A stretch of 64,000 bases of DNA, from the IMG/VR virus record IMGVR_UViG_3300042520_001372. One strand, given 5' to 3'. This DNA is from a virus. Below the pieces are notes generated by a model. The model did no database searches and was not told the DNA's origin. It was given only the letters and a program-made list of their open reading frames with translations. A program made the translations under genes and the position numbers. Below, in pieces: positions 54,201 to 61,458 of this stretch (position 1 is its first letter; each line of letters starts with the position of its first letter).

Positions 54201-56976
54201 AATTACCAGTAGTATTATTTCTTAATGATACCCTACCTACAGCTGTATTTTGACTACCTAGAGTATTATTATATAAAGTAGATCTACCTAAAGCGGTATT
54301 ATTGGAACCTACAGTATTATTTCTTAAAGCACTATTTCCTACAGCAATGTTATTAGTACCTGTTGTATTAACATTAAGAGCACCATGACCTACTGCCATG
54401 TTTTCAGAGGCAGTACTTACACGTAAAGCACTATTACCTATAGCAATGTTTTGTGAGGCTGTTGTTATACAATATAAAGCACAGTTACCAATAGATAAGT
54501 TAAAAGTACCTGTTGTTGTTCTTAATTGAGATAATATACCAACTCCTATGTTATTATTACCGGTTGTATTGCTTGATAATGCTCCTCCACCTAAAGCAGT
54601 ATTATATTGTCCTATTGTGTTGCTAGAAAGTGCACCTGAACCAACTGCTGTATTTGAACCTCCTGTGGTATTAGCTAACAAAGCATTAGCACCTACTGCA
54701 GTATTACCACTACCTATAGTATTTAAAGCTAAACTACTAGCTCCTAATGCTGTATTGTATGTTCCTGTGGTGTTATTTCTTAAAGAAAGAGTTCCTAATG
54801 CAGTATTACAAAAACCTACAGTGTTACACTGTAATGATAAAGCGCCAACAGCAGTATTTCTTTTTCCTGTAGTGTTGTTTTGTAAAGCTGATGATCCTAA
54901 AGCTGCATTATAGTATCCTACTGTATTACTTCTTAATGAACAAAATCCTACGGCTGTATTATTTGATGCTGTATTGCAAAATAAAGCTAATTTACCAATA
55001 GCAACATTATTACTACCGACTGTATTGTTAGTTAATGATTGGTCTCCTACTGCTGTATTACAATTACCTGTGGTATTGTAAAAACCAGAATCCATCCCTA
55101 CTGATACATTATTTGAACCTATTGTATTAAATCTTAAAGATTCAGTACCAATCGCTACATTTCTAAGACCGGTTGTATTACTTCTTAAACTATAGAAACC
55201 TACTGCTGTATTGTTTGAAGCTGTGTTAGATAATAATGATTGAACACCAACTGCTGTATTACTATTACCTGTTGTATTAGAAGTTAAAGATTGGTGACCT
55301 AGAGCAGTATTAGAAGCACCTACTGTATTAGAAAATAAAGTATTAAAACCAACGGCCGTATTATTTACACCTGTTGTAGTACCTCCTAAAGCATTAATAC
55401 CTATTGCTACGTTTGAGCCTGCTGTGCTATTCCTTAAGGCATAGTCTCCAATTGCAGTACTATAACACCCAGTTACATTTAATGCTAAAGCACAAAATCC
55501 AAATGCATTATTTCTTCTACCAACTGTATTAGAAACAAGCGCACTTCTACCTACTGCTGTGTTTACATCTCCTGTTGTATTACTTCTTAATGCACAGAAG
55601 CCGACTGCTGTGTTGTTTGATGCTGTGTTAGCACGTAAAGCGCTATCACCAACAGCAACATTACTAGAGGCCCCTGTACTACTATAAGCTGCGTAATAAC
55701 CTAATGCTACGTTTGAACCACCGGTTGTATTAGCGTATAATGCTGTTCTACCTACAGCTGTATTTCTAGTACCTATTGTGTTGTTGCGTAGTGTAATTAC
55801 ACCTACCGCTACGTTATTTGTTCCTGTGGTATTACTTCTTAATGCACAGAAGCCGACTGCTGTATTGTTTGATGCTGTGTTACAAAGTAATGATTGATAT
55901 CCTAGCGCTGTATTATTATTACCGGCGCTATTAGAAAAAAGTGCTTGAGTACCAACAGCGGTATTTAAAGTTCCTGTAGTATTGTTAGGTAATGTTTCTT
56001 TACCAACAGCTACGTTATTTGATGCTGTATTTTGAACAAGTGCATTATAACCAAGTGCGGTGTTGTTATTACCGCCTGTATTAGCATAAAGTGCTGCCCG
56101 ACCTAATGCTGTATTAAATGCACCTGTAGTATTATTTCGAAGTGATAATGCTCCTAAAGCTGTGTTACAAATACCTGTTGTATTTTGTTGGAGTGATTGT
56201 TGTCCAACTGCTACATTACTTCTACCAGTTATATTAGAGCAAAGAGCAGATACACCTATAGATACGTTATTTGTACCTGTTGTATTATTCTGCAATGCAC
56301 TAGAACCAATAGCTGTATTACTGTAACCTATTGTGTTTTGAGACATAGCCCCAAAACCTACAGAAGTATTACCTCCTCCAATTGTGTTACATATTAAACT
56401 ATTAAGACCTATAGATGTGTTGTTTGTTCCTACTGTATTACATAATAAACTATTAAGACCTACAGCTGTGTTGTTTACTCCTGTTGTATTAAATAATAAA
56501 GCATTTTGACCTAAAGCTGTGTTATTTGCTCCTGTTGTATTTGAAAAAAGAGCTTGGTTTCCAATACCTGTATTTCCAGTTCCTGTTGTGTTATTTCTTA
56601 ATACACAAAAACCTATTGCAGTGTTACTAGAAACACTTCCTCCTCCTAATCCAACACTAACACTATTAAATGTTGAATCTAAAGTAGATGTAGTATTACC
56701 GGTAATTGCTAAAGTCGAACCGTTAAAGGTAGCATTTGCTTCACCGTTAATAGCCGGAGTACCAGTTGCTGTTAAAAGGAAATTATCTGTATTGTTGGTA
56801 ATGTTTACTGATCCTGATACAAATGAAGCAGTTAGTGCATAAGAAGCAGAAATGGCAAACGAGGCTGTACCGAATAAAGAGCCTGTAAATGATTGTGCTG
56901 TTACATTTTGAGTAACATTAAGTGAATTCAATGAGGCATCAGACCCCGATACAATCAGTTTTCTCCAATTTGGCAT
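48295..56976 (-). CDS. Giant repeat fibre protein (2893 aa)
   Basis: Roughly 150 of the same units; distinct C-terminal domain AAFVDYVI...RVGTIM. Confidence 0.8.
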   Translation of the reverse strand: MPNWRKLIVSGSDASLNSLNVTQNVTAQSFTGSLFGTASFAISASYALTASFVSGSVNITNNTDNFLLTATGTPAINGEANATFNGSTLAITGNTTSTLDSTFNSVSVGLGGGSVSSNTAIGFCVLRNNTTGTGNTGIGNQALFSNTTGANNTALGQNALLFNTTGVNNTAVGLNSLLCNTVGTNNTSIGLNSLICNTIGGGNTSVGFGAMSQNTIGYSNTAIGSSALQNNTTGTNNVSIGVSALCSNITGRSNVAVGQQSLQQNTTGICNTALGALSLRNNTTGAFNTALGRAALYANTGGNNNTALGYNALVQNTASNNVAVGKETLPNNTTGTLNTAVGTQALFSNSAGNNNTALGYQSLLCNTASNNTAVGFCALRSNTTGTNNVAVGVITLRNNTIGTRNTAVGRTALYANTTGGSNVALGYYAAYSSTGASSNVAVGDSALRANTASNNTAVGFCALRSNTTGDVNTAVGRSALVSNTVGRRNNAFGFCALALNVTGCYSTAIGDYALRNSTAGSNVAIGINALGGTTTGVNNTAVGFNTLFSNTVGASNTALGHQSLTSNTTGNSNTAVGVQSLLSNTASNNTAVGFYSLRSNTTGLRNVAIGTESLRFNTIGSNNVSVGMDSGFYNTTGNCNTAVGDQSLTNNTVGSNNVAIGKLALFCNTASNNTAVGFCSLRSNTVGYYNAALGSSALQNNTTGKRNTAVGALSLQCNTVGFCNTALGTLSLRNNTTGTYNTALGASSLALNTIGSGNTAVGANALLANTTGGSNTAVGSGALSSNTIGQYNTALGGGALSSNTTGNNNIGVGILSQLRTTTGTFNLSIGNCALYCITTASQNIAIGNSALRVSTASENMAVGHGALNVNTTGTNNIAVGNSALRNNTVGSNNTALGRSTLYNNTLGSQNTAVGRVSLRNNTTGNYNTAVGDGSLYSNTIGKSNTAVGFYTLLSNTASNNTAVGFCALRNNTAGCRNVALGYKALRCNTTGNQNIAIGTNSLTANTAGTNNIAIGYRAAGSVTGNTVIAIGEAAMYASPGIGNTIGIGTDALRNNTGANNVGIGQLALAYNTSGVSNTAVGTQALKFNTTGILNTAVGTYSLQNNTVGVCNTAIGFQSLCVNTTGTENTAVGLGSLRFNTGGAFNTAIGRGSMFCNTTGANNTAVGFGSLQYNTVGTNNTALGFFSLFCNTVSNNTAVGYLSLRNNTTGVNNTAVGVNALRTNTTGAYNTSLGASALFTNTTGFNNTAVGAVALQNNTIGFNNTALGNSALRCNTTGANNVAVGRVALILNTTGFRNNALGNGALYSNTTGFDNSAFGYLSVSSNTTGAYNAGFGHRTLYGTTTGGKNTAVGAFALTCNTASNNTAVGFCALRSNTTGLYNVALGSLALRSNTTGAQNTAVGTSALQYNTVGIKNTAIGGGALQYNTTGVNNTALGHYSLNCNTASNNTTIGFCALRSNTTGTLNTAVGVTSLSNNTIGSYNTSLGALSLQSNTTGVLNTAIGISALRYTTVGSCNTSVGNDSLNSNISGNNNTALGSRALQANTASNNTAVGFCALRNNTTGVQNTALGFQALRDNTTGGANTAVGYNALALNTSGVANTAIGYSSMIANLTGCRNVAAGRSSLRCNSTGVGNVGLGYYALCSNTTGVQNVTVGNLSMRLNQGGSYNIAMGCGALYSNVAGTNNTALGFRSLFSNTASNNTAVGYSALRSNTTGKYNVSVGSNSLKCNTTGINNTSVGTLSLFNNTGGINNVALGYETACKITTGNRNTAIGTQALICNITGDNNVSLGFRSLLINTASSNTAVGTCALSSNTTGVHNTAVGFRVLESNTVGTGNTGVGKYTLIGNTTGINNTALGYNTLRCNTTGVNNVSIGINALIANTNGSNNVGIGVNSLNSATANNYNVGVGTNTLRNITGNYNTALGGAALCANTGGASNVAVGTSAMQVGNAGSNNTAVGFQSMLYNTANSNTAVGFYTLRSNTTGTSNTAVGFCSLRQNTTGTNNVAVGTCALVNTTIGGCNTALGAFALRNNTTGVDNTAVGLGALQLNTTGYNNTAVGRQALYSNVTGRSNTAMGRSSLLFNTANSNTAFGYYSLRSNTTGTKNTAVGVFALRANQTGINNTAIGYQALTSNTASYNTAVGFQSLRCNTTGTYNVALGHNALRDNTTGKSNIAIGLSALLTNTVGSSNVGIGYYALRTNTASNNTAVGYNSLRSNTTGTTNTAVGVNALCSNTIGTRNVGIGHFSLRLNTTGKLNTAVGYYTLRNNSTGENNVAVGNQSLAYNLVGSNNTALGTNALRCNTASNNTAVGFCALRSNTTGTNNVAVGINSLSTNTIGSSNTALGTNALQLNTIGDRNTAVGSSALFNNTTAGGNTAIGRGALEATTTGSNNTAVGWYSQLCNSTGQANTALGVYSLRNNTTGISNVAIGLNALCANTASNNTAVGYAALRANTTGTNNVAVGCGALISNIVGTQNTAVGTQALIDNTASGNTAVGFCAARCNAGGYGNTAIGRCTLRLNISGTGNTALGDQALEANTVSGNTAVGTYAMESTTTGANNTAMGFAALVANTTGAENAAVGHSALRANIIGSGNVGIGFYALRGNTANNNTAVGGSALRCNTTGTANSAVGAGALFYNVNGVRNSAFGQSALLINTGGSNNTAIGYNNSRASVGNNNTSLGAYALRYNAVSYNTAVGSSALRNVTYGNRNTAIGLSSGICITTGACNVILGGASANGFGTQNCNIFISDGAGNIRMFVTGSTGFVGVNTTSPQQQLHIGGALSISGSVIDYEVAPALLSPGPGTNIISFVPGTTYAAFVDYVIKDASTGANQRVGTIMVSVSLAATSAVINEVVTTDIGNTSAISFAITYGAPTWLSAANSGITPFDINYMVRYF

Positions 56977-56994
56977 ATATATACTCCTTTTGCG

Positions 56995-57038
56995 GTTAGA
57001 AACAGCGACGTTGCTGCCTACTTCCCTTGCGGGCCAAC
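56995..57038 (-). ncRNA. Candidate structured 5' leader (three-way junction)
   Basis: GUUGG/CUAAC closes CCC-GCAA-GGG and AGGCAGC-aacguc-GCUGUUU; lies between TATTTATA motif and ATG. Confidence 0.45.
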
Positions 57039-57058
57039 ATTAGGTTTGTTATAAATAT

Positions 57059-57286
57059 TTAAGATTTCAACTTACTTGTCGTATTCTTCTCAACAAGTTT
57101 TTGAAGCTCCTCTTGTTTTTTAGCTTCTTCAGCTTCTATAGTGAATTGAATGTTCATTATAGCTTCATCAAGTTTATCCTGTAATCCTGCAATCACTCTT
57201 GCACTCTTTCCAGATATCTGAATAATATCTAGAGATTGTCTCATAATAGCGATTTCTTCCGGAGAAAGTCCAATTTCGTAATTCAT
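57059..57286 (-). CDS. Small helical hypothetical protein
   Basis: ORF in fibre cluster. Confidence 0.6.
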   Translation of the reverse strand: MNYEIGLSPEEIAIMRQSLDIIQISGKSARVIAGLQDKLDEAIMNIQFTIEAEEAKKQEELQKLVEKNTTSKLKS

Positions 57287-57288
57287 AA

Positions 57289-57501
57289 TTATTTACTAAT
57301 AATATAATGGTTTTGAAGCTTTATTACAAGCTTATATAACATTTCAATTGCTTCTCCTTGAAAAGTAGACTGTTTGATCATAGAAAGTAGGAACTGAAGT
57401 TCTTCTCTTGTGAGTGAATGATCCTGAGTAACAGGAGATAGGGGTTGTGGTTGACTGATTTGTTCAGAACCAACGACTAGATTGTCTGCTTTTAGTGCCA
57501 T
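57289..57501 (-). CDS. Small helical hypothetical protein
   Basis: LTREELQFLL...FQGEAIE resembles neighbour LSPEEIAIM...ISGKSAR; TATTTATA at 57522-57529. Confidence 0.6.
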   Translation of the reverse strand: MALKADNLVVGSEQISQPQPLSPVTQDHSLTREELQFLLSMIKQSTFQGEAIEMLYKLVIKLQNHYIISK

Positions 57502-57510
57502 AAACTTTTA

Positions 57511-58782
57511 TTAACTGTACATATAAATATCCCCGTTTGACGAGTTTACGTATACGTTGCCAAAACCATTAGTAGCTCCACCCCATGTTGGATTTGCTGC
57601 AGGAGCACCGGCTGCTGTTTTAGCAGATACTACGTACTCGTCGGCAGTTAAGGCGGTAGCCGTTCCGATGACATCGTATGCCATTGCAAAACGACCGTAA
57701 GTACCTGTTGAACTAGCTTCTAAGTAGAAGGCAGAACCTGATCCGGCGGCATTATATTGAGTAACCCATCCTGAATCTGCTAAGGTTGTTGACCCTGAGT
57801 TGATGAGAATAAACTTATCCCTTACTGTTAAGTTATCAACATTGGTAAATGAAGCAGTACCAGCAACCGTTAAGTCACCTCCGATAACTGCGTTTCCTGT
57901 AGTGCTTAAACTACCGAAGTTTGCAGTACCTGTGAATGTTGGTGATCCTGCAAATACTAATGCACCAGTTCCTGTTTCATCGGTTACTGCTGCTGCTAAG
58001 TTAGCAGATGATGGAGTTGTTAAAAAGGTAGCAATACCTGTTCCTAGGCCGGACACACCAGTTGAGATTGGTAATCCAGTAGCGTTAGTTAAAGTACCAC
58101 TAGAAGGAGTACCTAATACTCCGCCATTAATTAATATTGATCCAGCAGAACCAGCATTAAACGCTAATGCAGTTGCAACACCTGTACCTAGTCCAGATAC
58201 ACCGGTTGAAATTGGTAGACCAGTTGCGTTAGTTAGAGTACCTGAGGATGGTGTTCCTAATGCGCCGTTAAATGTAACTATACCACCGGCAGTAGATGCA
58301 TTGAGAGCTAAAGAGGAAGCAACACCTGTTCCTAATCCGGAAACATCAGTGCTGATTGCAACAGAGTTAGGTTGGATCGTTGCTACACCTAAAGAACTAA
58401 CTAAAATATCACCGGAAATCCCTGCAAAAGATGCAGAGGTAAACTGAGAGACTGTAGCGAACTTATTTGAACCATCGTTTACAAAAACCTGCGTTGTTGG
58501 AGCGATTGGAGTTAGCTGCGTTACTGGGAATATTGCAGTTGCGGTTACTCCGGTTAACCCTGCACCGTTACCGAAGAACGATCCTGAGAAAGAACCTGAT
58601 ATTGATACACCGGATGCACCAGTGGTCGCTAAGATATTACCAGTACCGTTGATTGCAGTAGTTGATAAGTTTCCAGCGGATCCACCGCCGATTACGACCT
58701 GCCCTGATGTCAGGTTGTCTACCTGTAAAGCAGCAAGTGCTGCACTACTACCGGAGACTACTACTTTTTTCCAACTTGCCAT
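57511..58782 (-). CDS. Virion fibre-like protein with 48-aa repeats
   Basis: N-terminus MASWKKVVVSGS; repeated LGTPSSGTLTNATGLPISTGVSGLGTG. Confidence 0.7.
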   Translation of the reverse strand: MASWKKVVVSGSSAALAALQVDNLTSGQVVIGGGSAGNLSTTAINGTGNILATTGASGVSISGSFSGSFFGNGAGLTGVTATAIFPVTQLTPIAPTTQVFVNDGSNKFATVSQFTSASFAGISGDILVSSLGVATIQPNSVAISTDVSGLGTGVASSLALNASTAGGIVTFNGALGTPSSGTLTNATGLPISTGVSGLGTGVATALAFNAGSAGSILINGGVLGTPSSGTLTNATGLPISTGVSGLGTGIATFLTTPSSANLAAAVTDETGTGALVFAGSPTFTGTANFGSLSTTGNAVIGGDLTVAGTASFTNVDNLTVRDKFILINSGSTTLADSGWVTQYNAAGSGSAFYLEASSTGTYGRFAMAYDVIGTATALTADEYVVSAKTAAGAPAANPTWGGATNGFGNVYVNSSNGDIYMYS

Positions 58783-58804
58783 AGTTTATATTATTTATAA
58801 ATAG

Positions 58805-60688
58805 TTACATACCAAAGAAAAAGTCACCTGAGGCGGAGTAGTAAAGTCCACCGGTTACTGGGGTTGGGATGTCTATTCTTGCTTCTAATACTACTACTCT
58901 TTCGGCATTAATTTTTAACATTTCTACTGATCCGGACTGTACTAAAAAGAAGTACGGTACGGCTGCCCCAGGACCTATCTGAACAGAAGCAGATATTGAT
59001 CCTGTCGCTATAAAATTTGTAATTATAGGAGATGATGGAGCAGAAGCAGTAACAAATAAAGCGTTACTGACTGCATCGTACATTACTACCCGTACGTTTG
59101 CTGAAGGAGAATAAGGTAATCCAAAAGAAGGAACTTGTAGTAACGGTGCATTAATGTTTAAGACACTTGTATTAAAATCAACTGAAGTTGCACTAGTTAC
59201 ACTAACGTTTCCTTCAACTGTTAAAGATCCGGAGATTATTGCTGAACCTGTAAAAGGAAATACCTTAGCGTTATCAGCATATGAAGCTGTTCCTAGTAGA
59301 GAACCTGTTAATGGTCCTGAAAAAGAACTAGCAGAAATAATTAATCCTGATACTGATCCTAAAGTGTTTCTTAATGGATTGTAATAAGGTCCTCCGGTAT
59401 CTGCTGCTAAGGTTCTGTAGCTATCTAATGCAGCTGAATCTCCTTTAAAGATTAACGGATAATCAACGTTGGTTGTTGATTGGTTGCTAATAAAAACTAC
59501 ACTAGAAGAAATTGCATAAGATGCAGAGACTGCCGTATCGGCGTAAGATGCACTTAATGCATTTGTAGAATAACTAGCCGAAACTGCATTTAAAACATAA
59601 GATGCAGTAGCTGCAGTGCTTGCAAAAGAAGAGGATACCGCATAAGATGCTGTTACAGCATAAGAAGAACTTTCAGCATTTGATGCAGTTCCAAAAAAAG
59701 AACCTGTAAATGAAGTAGCGTAAACATTACCTGCTACTTGTAATTTTGCTAAAGAAGACCCTGTTAATCCTACCCCTATATTACCTGCAGAATCTTCGAA
59801 CATTCCAGAGGAGGTTAAGTGATCTCCACCCTGTCCTTTTAATATAGCATTTAAAGTAGTTCCTTGTTCGTTACCTAATCCAGATGTATTTCTTGGACCG
59901 GAAATAAACATTCCTCCGTCATAATTTGATCCGGAAGGATTTGAATAAATCCATTTATTATTTAAAGAATCCCAAAATATAGATCCTGTTGAACTATTAC
60001 CGAAGGATCCTGAATCTATTACGGTTATACCGCCAAACCTTACAGCAGGAAAATCTGTATTCAACGTAATAACACTAGCTCCAACTTGAACTATTGAAGA
60101 TGTTACATATGTAAATGAAGCAGTACCGGTAACATTTAAATTACCGTTAATTACTACGTTTTGGTTTAATATTCCTACTGAAGAAGCTGTAGCTGCATAA
60201 GAGGCACTTATGGCGTAAGAAGAACTTATACTAGATCCTGCATTACTACTATAAGAAGAGCTTAAGGCATAGGAAGAGCTAGTGCTAGATTCTGCAAATA
60301 AACTATAAGATGAGCTTAAAGCATAGGAAGAACTGATGGCAAAACCTGTAGTATTGCTATGAGAAGAGCTTAGAGCATAGGATGCACTGAGACTAGAGCT
60401 TGCATAAGAAGAACTTATTGCAAATAATGCATAAGAAGCAGTAGCTGCTGGGTTAAAGTTTTGAGCAAAAGAAGCAGTTACAGCAAAGAATGCGTATGAG
60501 GCTGTACTTGCAAAAGAAGCAGATACTGATGATCCTCCCGTTCCTAGCTCAAGGATAGTCTGATTGTTACCTATTGCTTTTTTTATGTATGCCTTACCGT
60601 CATAGGTGTTTATAGCAATATCCCCTAAAGCCAACTGATTGACTGAAGGTATACTACCTGATACTCCTATGGGTCTGATTTGTGGCAT
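58805..60688 (-). CDS. Ser/Ala-rich virion fibre-like protein
   Basis: N-terminal LGDIAINTYDGKAYIK; many S(A/S)SYA repeats. Confidence 0.7.
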   Translation of the reverse strand: MPQIRPIGVSGSIPSVNQLALGDIAINTYDGKAYIKKAIGNNQTILELGTGGSSVSASFASTASYAFFAVTASFAQNFNPAATASYALFAISSSYASSSLSASYALSSSHSNTTGFAISSSYALSSSYSLFAESSTSSSYALSSSYSSNAGSSISSSYAISASYAATASSVGILNQNVVINGNLNVTGTASFTYVTSSIVQVGASVITLNTDFPAVRFGGITVIDSGSFGNSSTGSIFWDSLNNKWIYSNPSGSNYDGGMFISGPRNTSGLGNEQGTTLNAILKGQGGDHLTSSGMFEDSAGNIGVGLTGSSLAKLQVAGNVYATSFTGSFFGTASNAESSSYAVTASYAVSSSFASTAATASYVLNAVSASYSTNALSASYADTAVSASYAISSSVVFISNQSTTNVDYPLIFKGDSAALDSYRTLAADTGGPYYNPLRNTLGSVSGLIISASSFSGPLTGSLLGTASYADNAKVFPFTGSAIISGSLTVEGNVSVTSATSVDFNTSVLNINAPLLQVPSFGLPYSPSANVRVVMYDAVSNALFVTASAPSSPIITNFIATGSISASVQIGPGAAVPYFFLVQSGSVEMLKINAERVVVLEARIDIPTPVTGGLYYSASGDFFFGM

Positions 60689-61377
60689 TAATTCCTGTAT
60701 GCTGTAAAGACGTCTAAGATTGGATCAACGACTGCGTGTCTATGATTCTGTTTTAAATGTACAACTTTAACAGCAGGAACCTGCAATTCTAACTTCATAA
60801 AGAAATCAAAACCGGAATCTTTCTTATCTCTAAGGTCACATTGGGACATATCCCCGCAGAATACCATCTTAGAATTAATTCCTAATCGTCCTATCATTAA
60901 TTCAGTCTGTCTCATTGTGGCATTCTGTGCCTCATCAATTAGAACAAAGCAGTTAGTGAATGTATTACCTCTTAGAAAGCCAAAGGGAGACACTGTGACA
61001 ACCCCTTCGGTTATTAATTTGTCTGTCTTTTCTTTTCCAACAAGTTCATACATTATATTATAAATAGGAGAGGTAAGGTACGATAGCTTCTCATCTACGT
61101 TTCCCGGTAGGTGTCCAATATCTTCTCCGGCAGTTACGTAAGGTCGGGCAATAATGATCTTTTCAACGTCTTTGTTGAAAAGCATATCTAAAGCTACCTG
61201 AACTGCTAATAAGGTTTTTCCTGAACCGGCTTTACCTTGAATAGCTGTAACGTCGTTAAGTAGTATCTGTGCTTTTCCTTTCTTCTGTTCTTCGTTTAAA
61301 TTAATTCCAAATTTAATTGGAGTTTTAGGTCTTCTCTTCTCTTTAAAAACCTCCGCGGTGTGTGGATCGCTTGACAT
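60688..61377 (-). CDS. phoH: PhoH-family ATPase
   Basis: GKAGSGKT, IIARP, GHLPG, FLRGNTF, IDEAQN, GDMSQCD, HRH. Confidence 0.93.
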   Translation of the reverse strand: MSSDPHTAEVFKEKRRPKTPIKFGINLNEEQKKGKAQILLNDVTAIQGKAGSGKTLLAVQVALDMLFNKDVEKIIIARPYVTAGEDIGHLPGNVDEKLSYLTSPIYNIMYELVGKEKTDKLITEGVVTVSPFGFLRGNTFTNCFVLIDEAQNATMRQTELMIGRLGINSKMVFCGDMSQCDLRDKKDSGFDFFMKLELQVPAVKVVHLKQNHRHAVVDPILDVFTAYRN

Positions 61378-61404
61378 AAATGTATTTACTTATAAATAGA
61401 AAGT

Positions 61405-61432
61405 AAAAAAAAAGCCTGGATTTCTCCAGGCT
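61405..61432 (-). terminator. Intrinsic terminator after major capsid gene
   Basis: AGCCTGGA-gaaa-TCCAGGCT then long T-tract. Confidence 0.85.
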
Positions 61433-61458
61433 CTTTCTTAAGTTAAAAAGGGGTTAGG

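Noticed and set aside
40643-56842. Many plus-strand ORFs (PTAVLF... repeats) within the giant fibre genes
   Set aside because: Antisense shadows of repetitive, codon-biased minus-strand genes; no independent initiation signals
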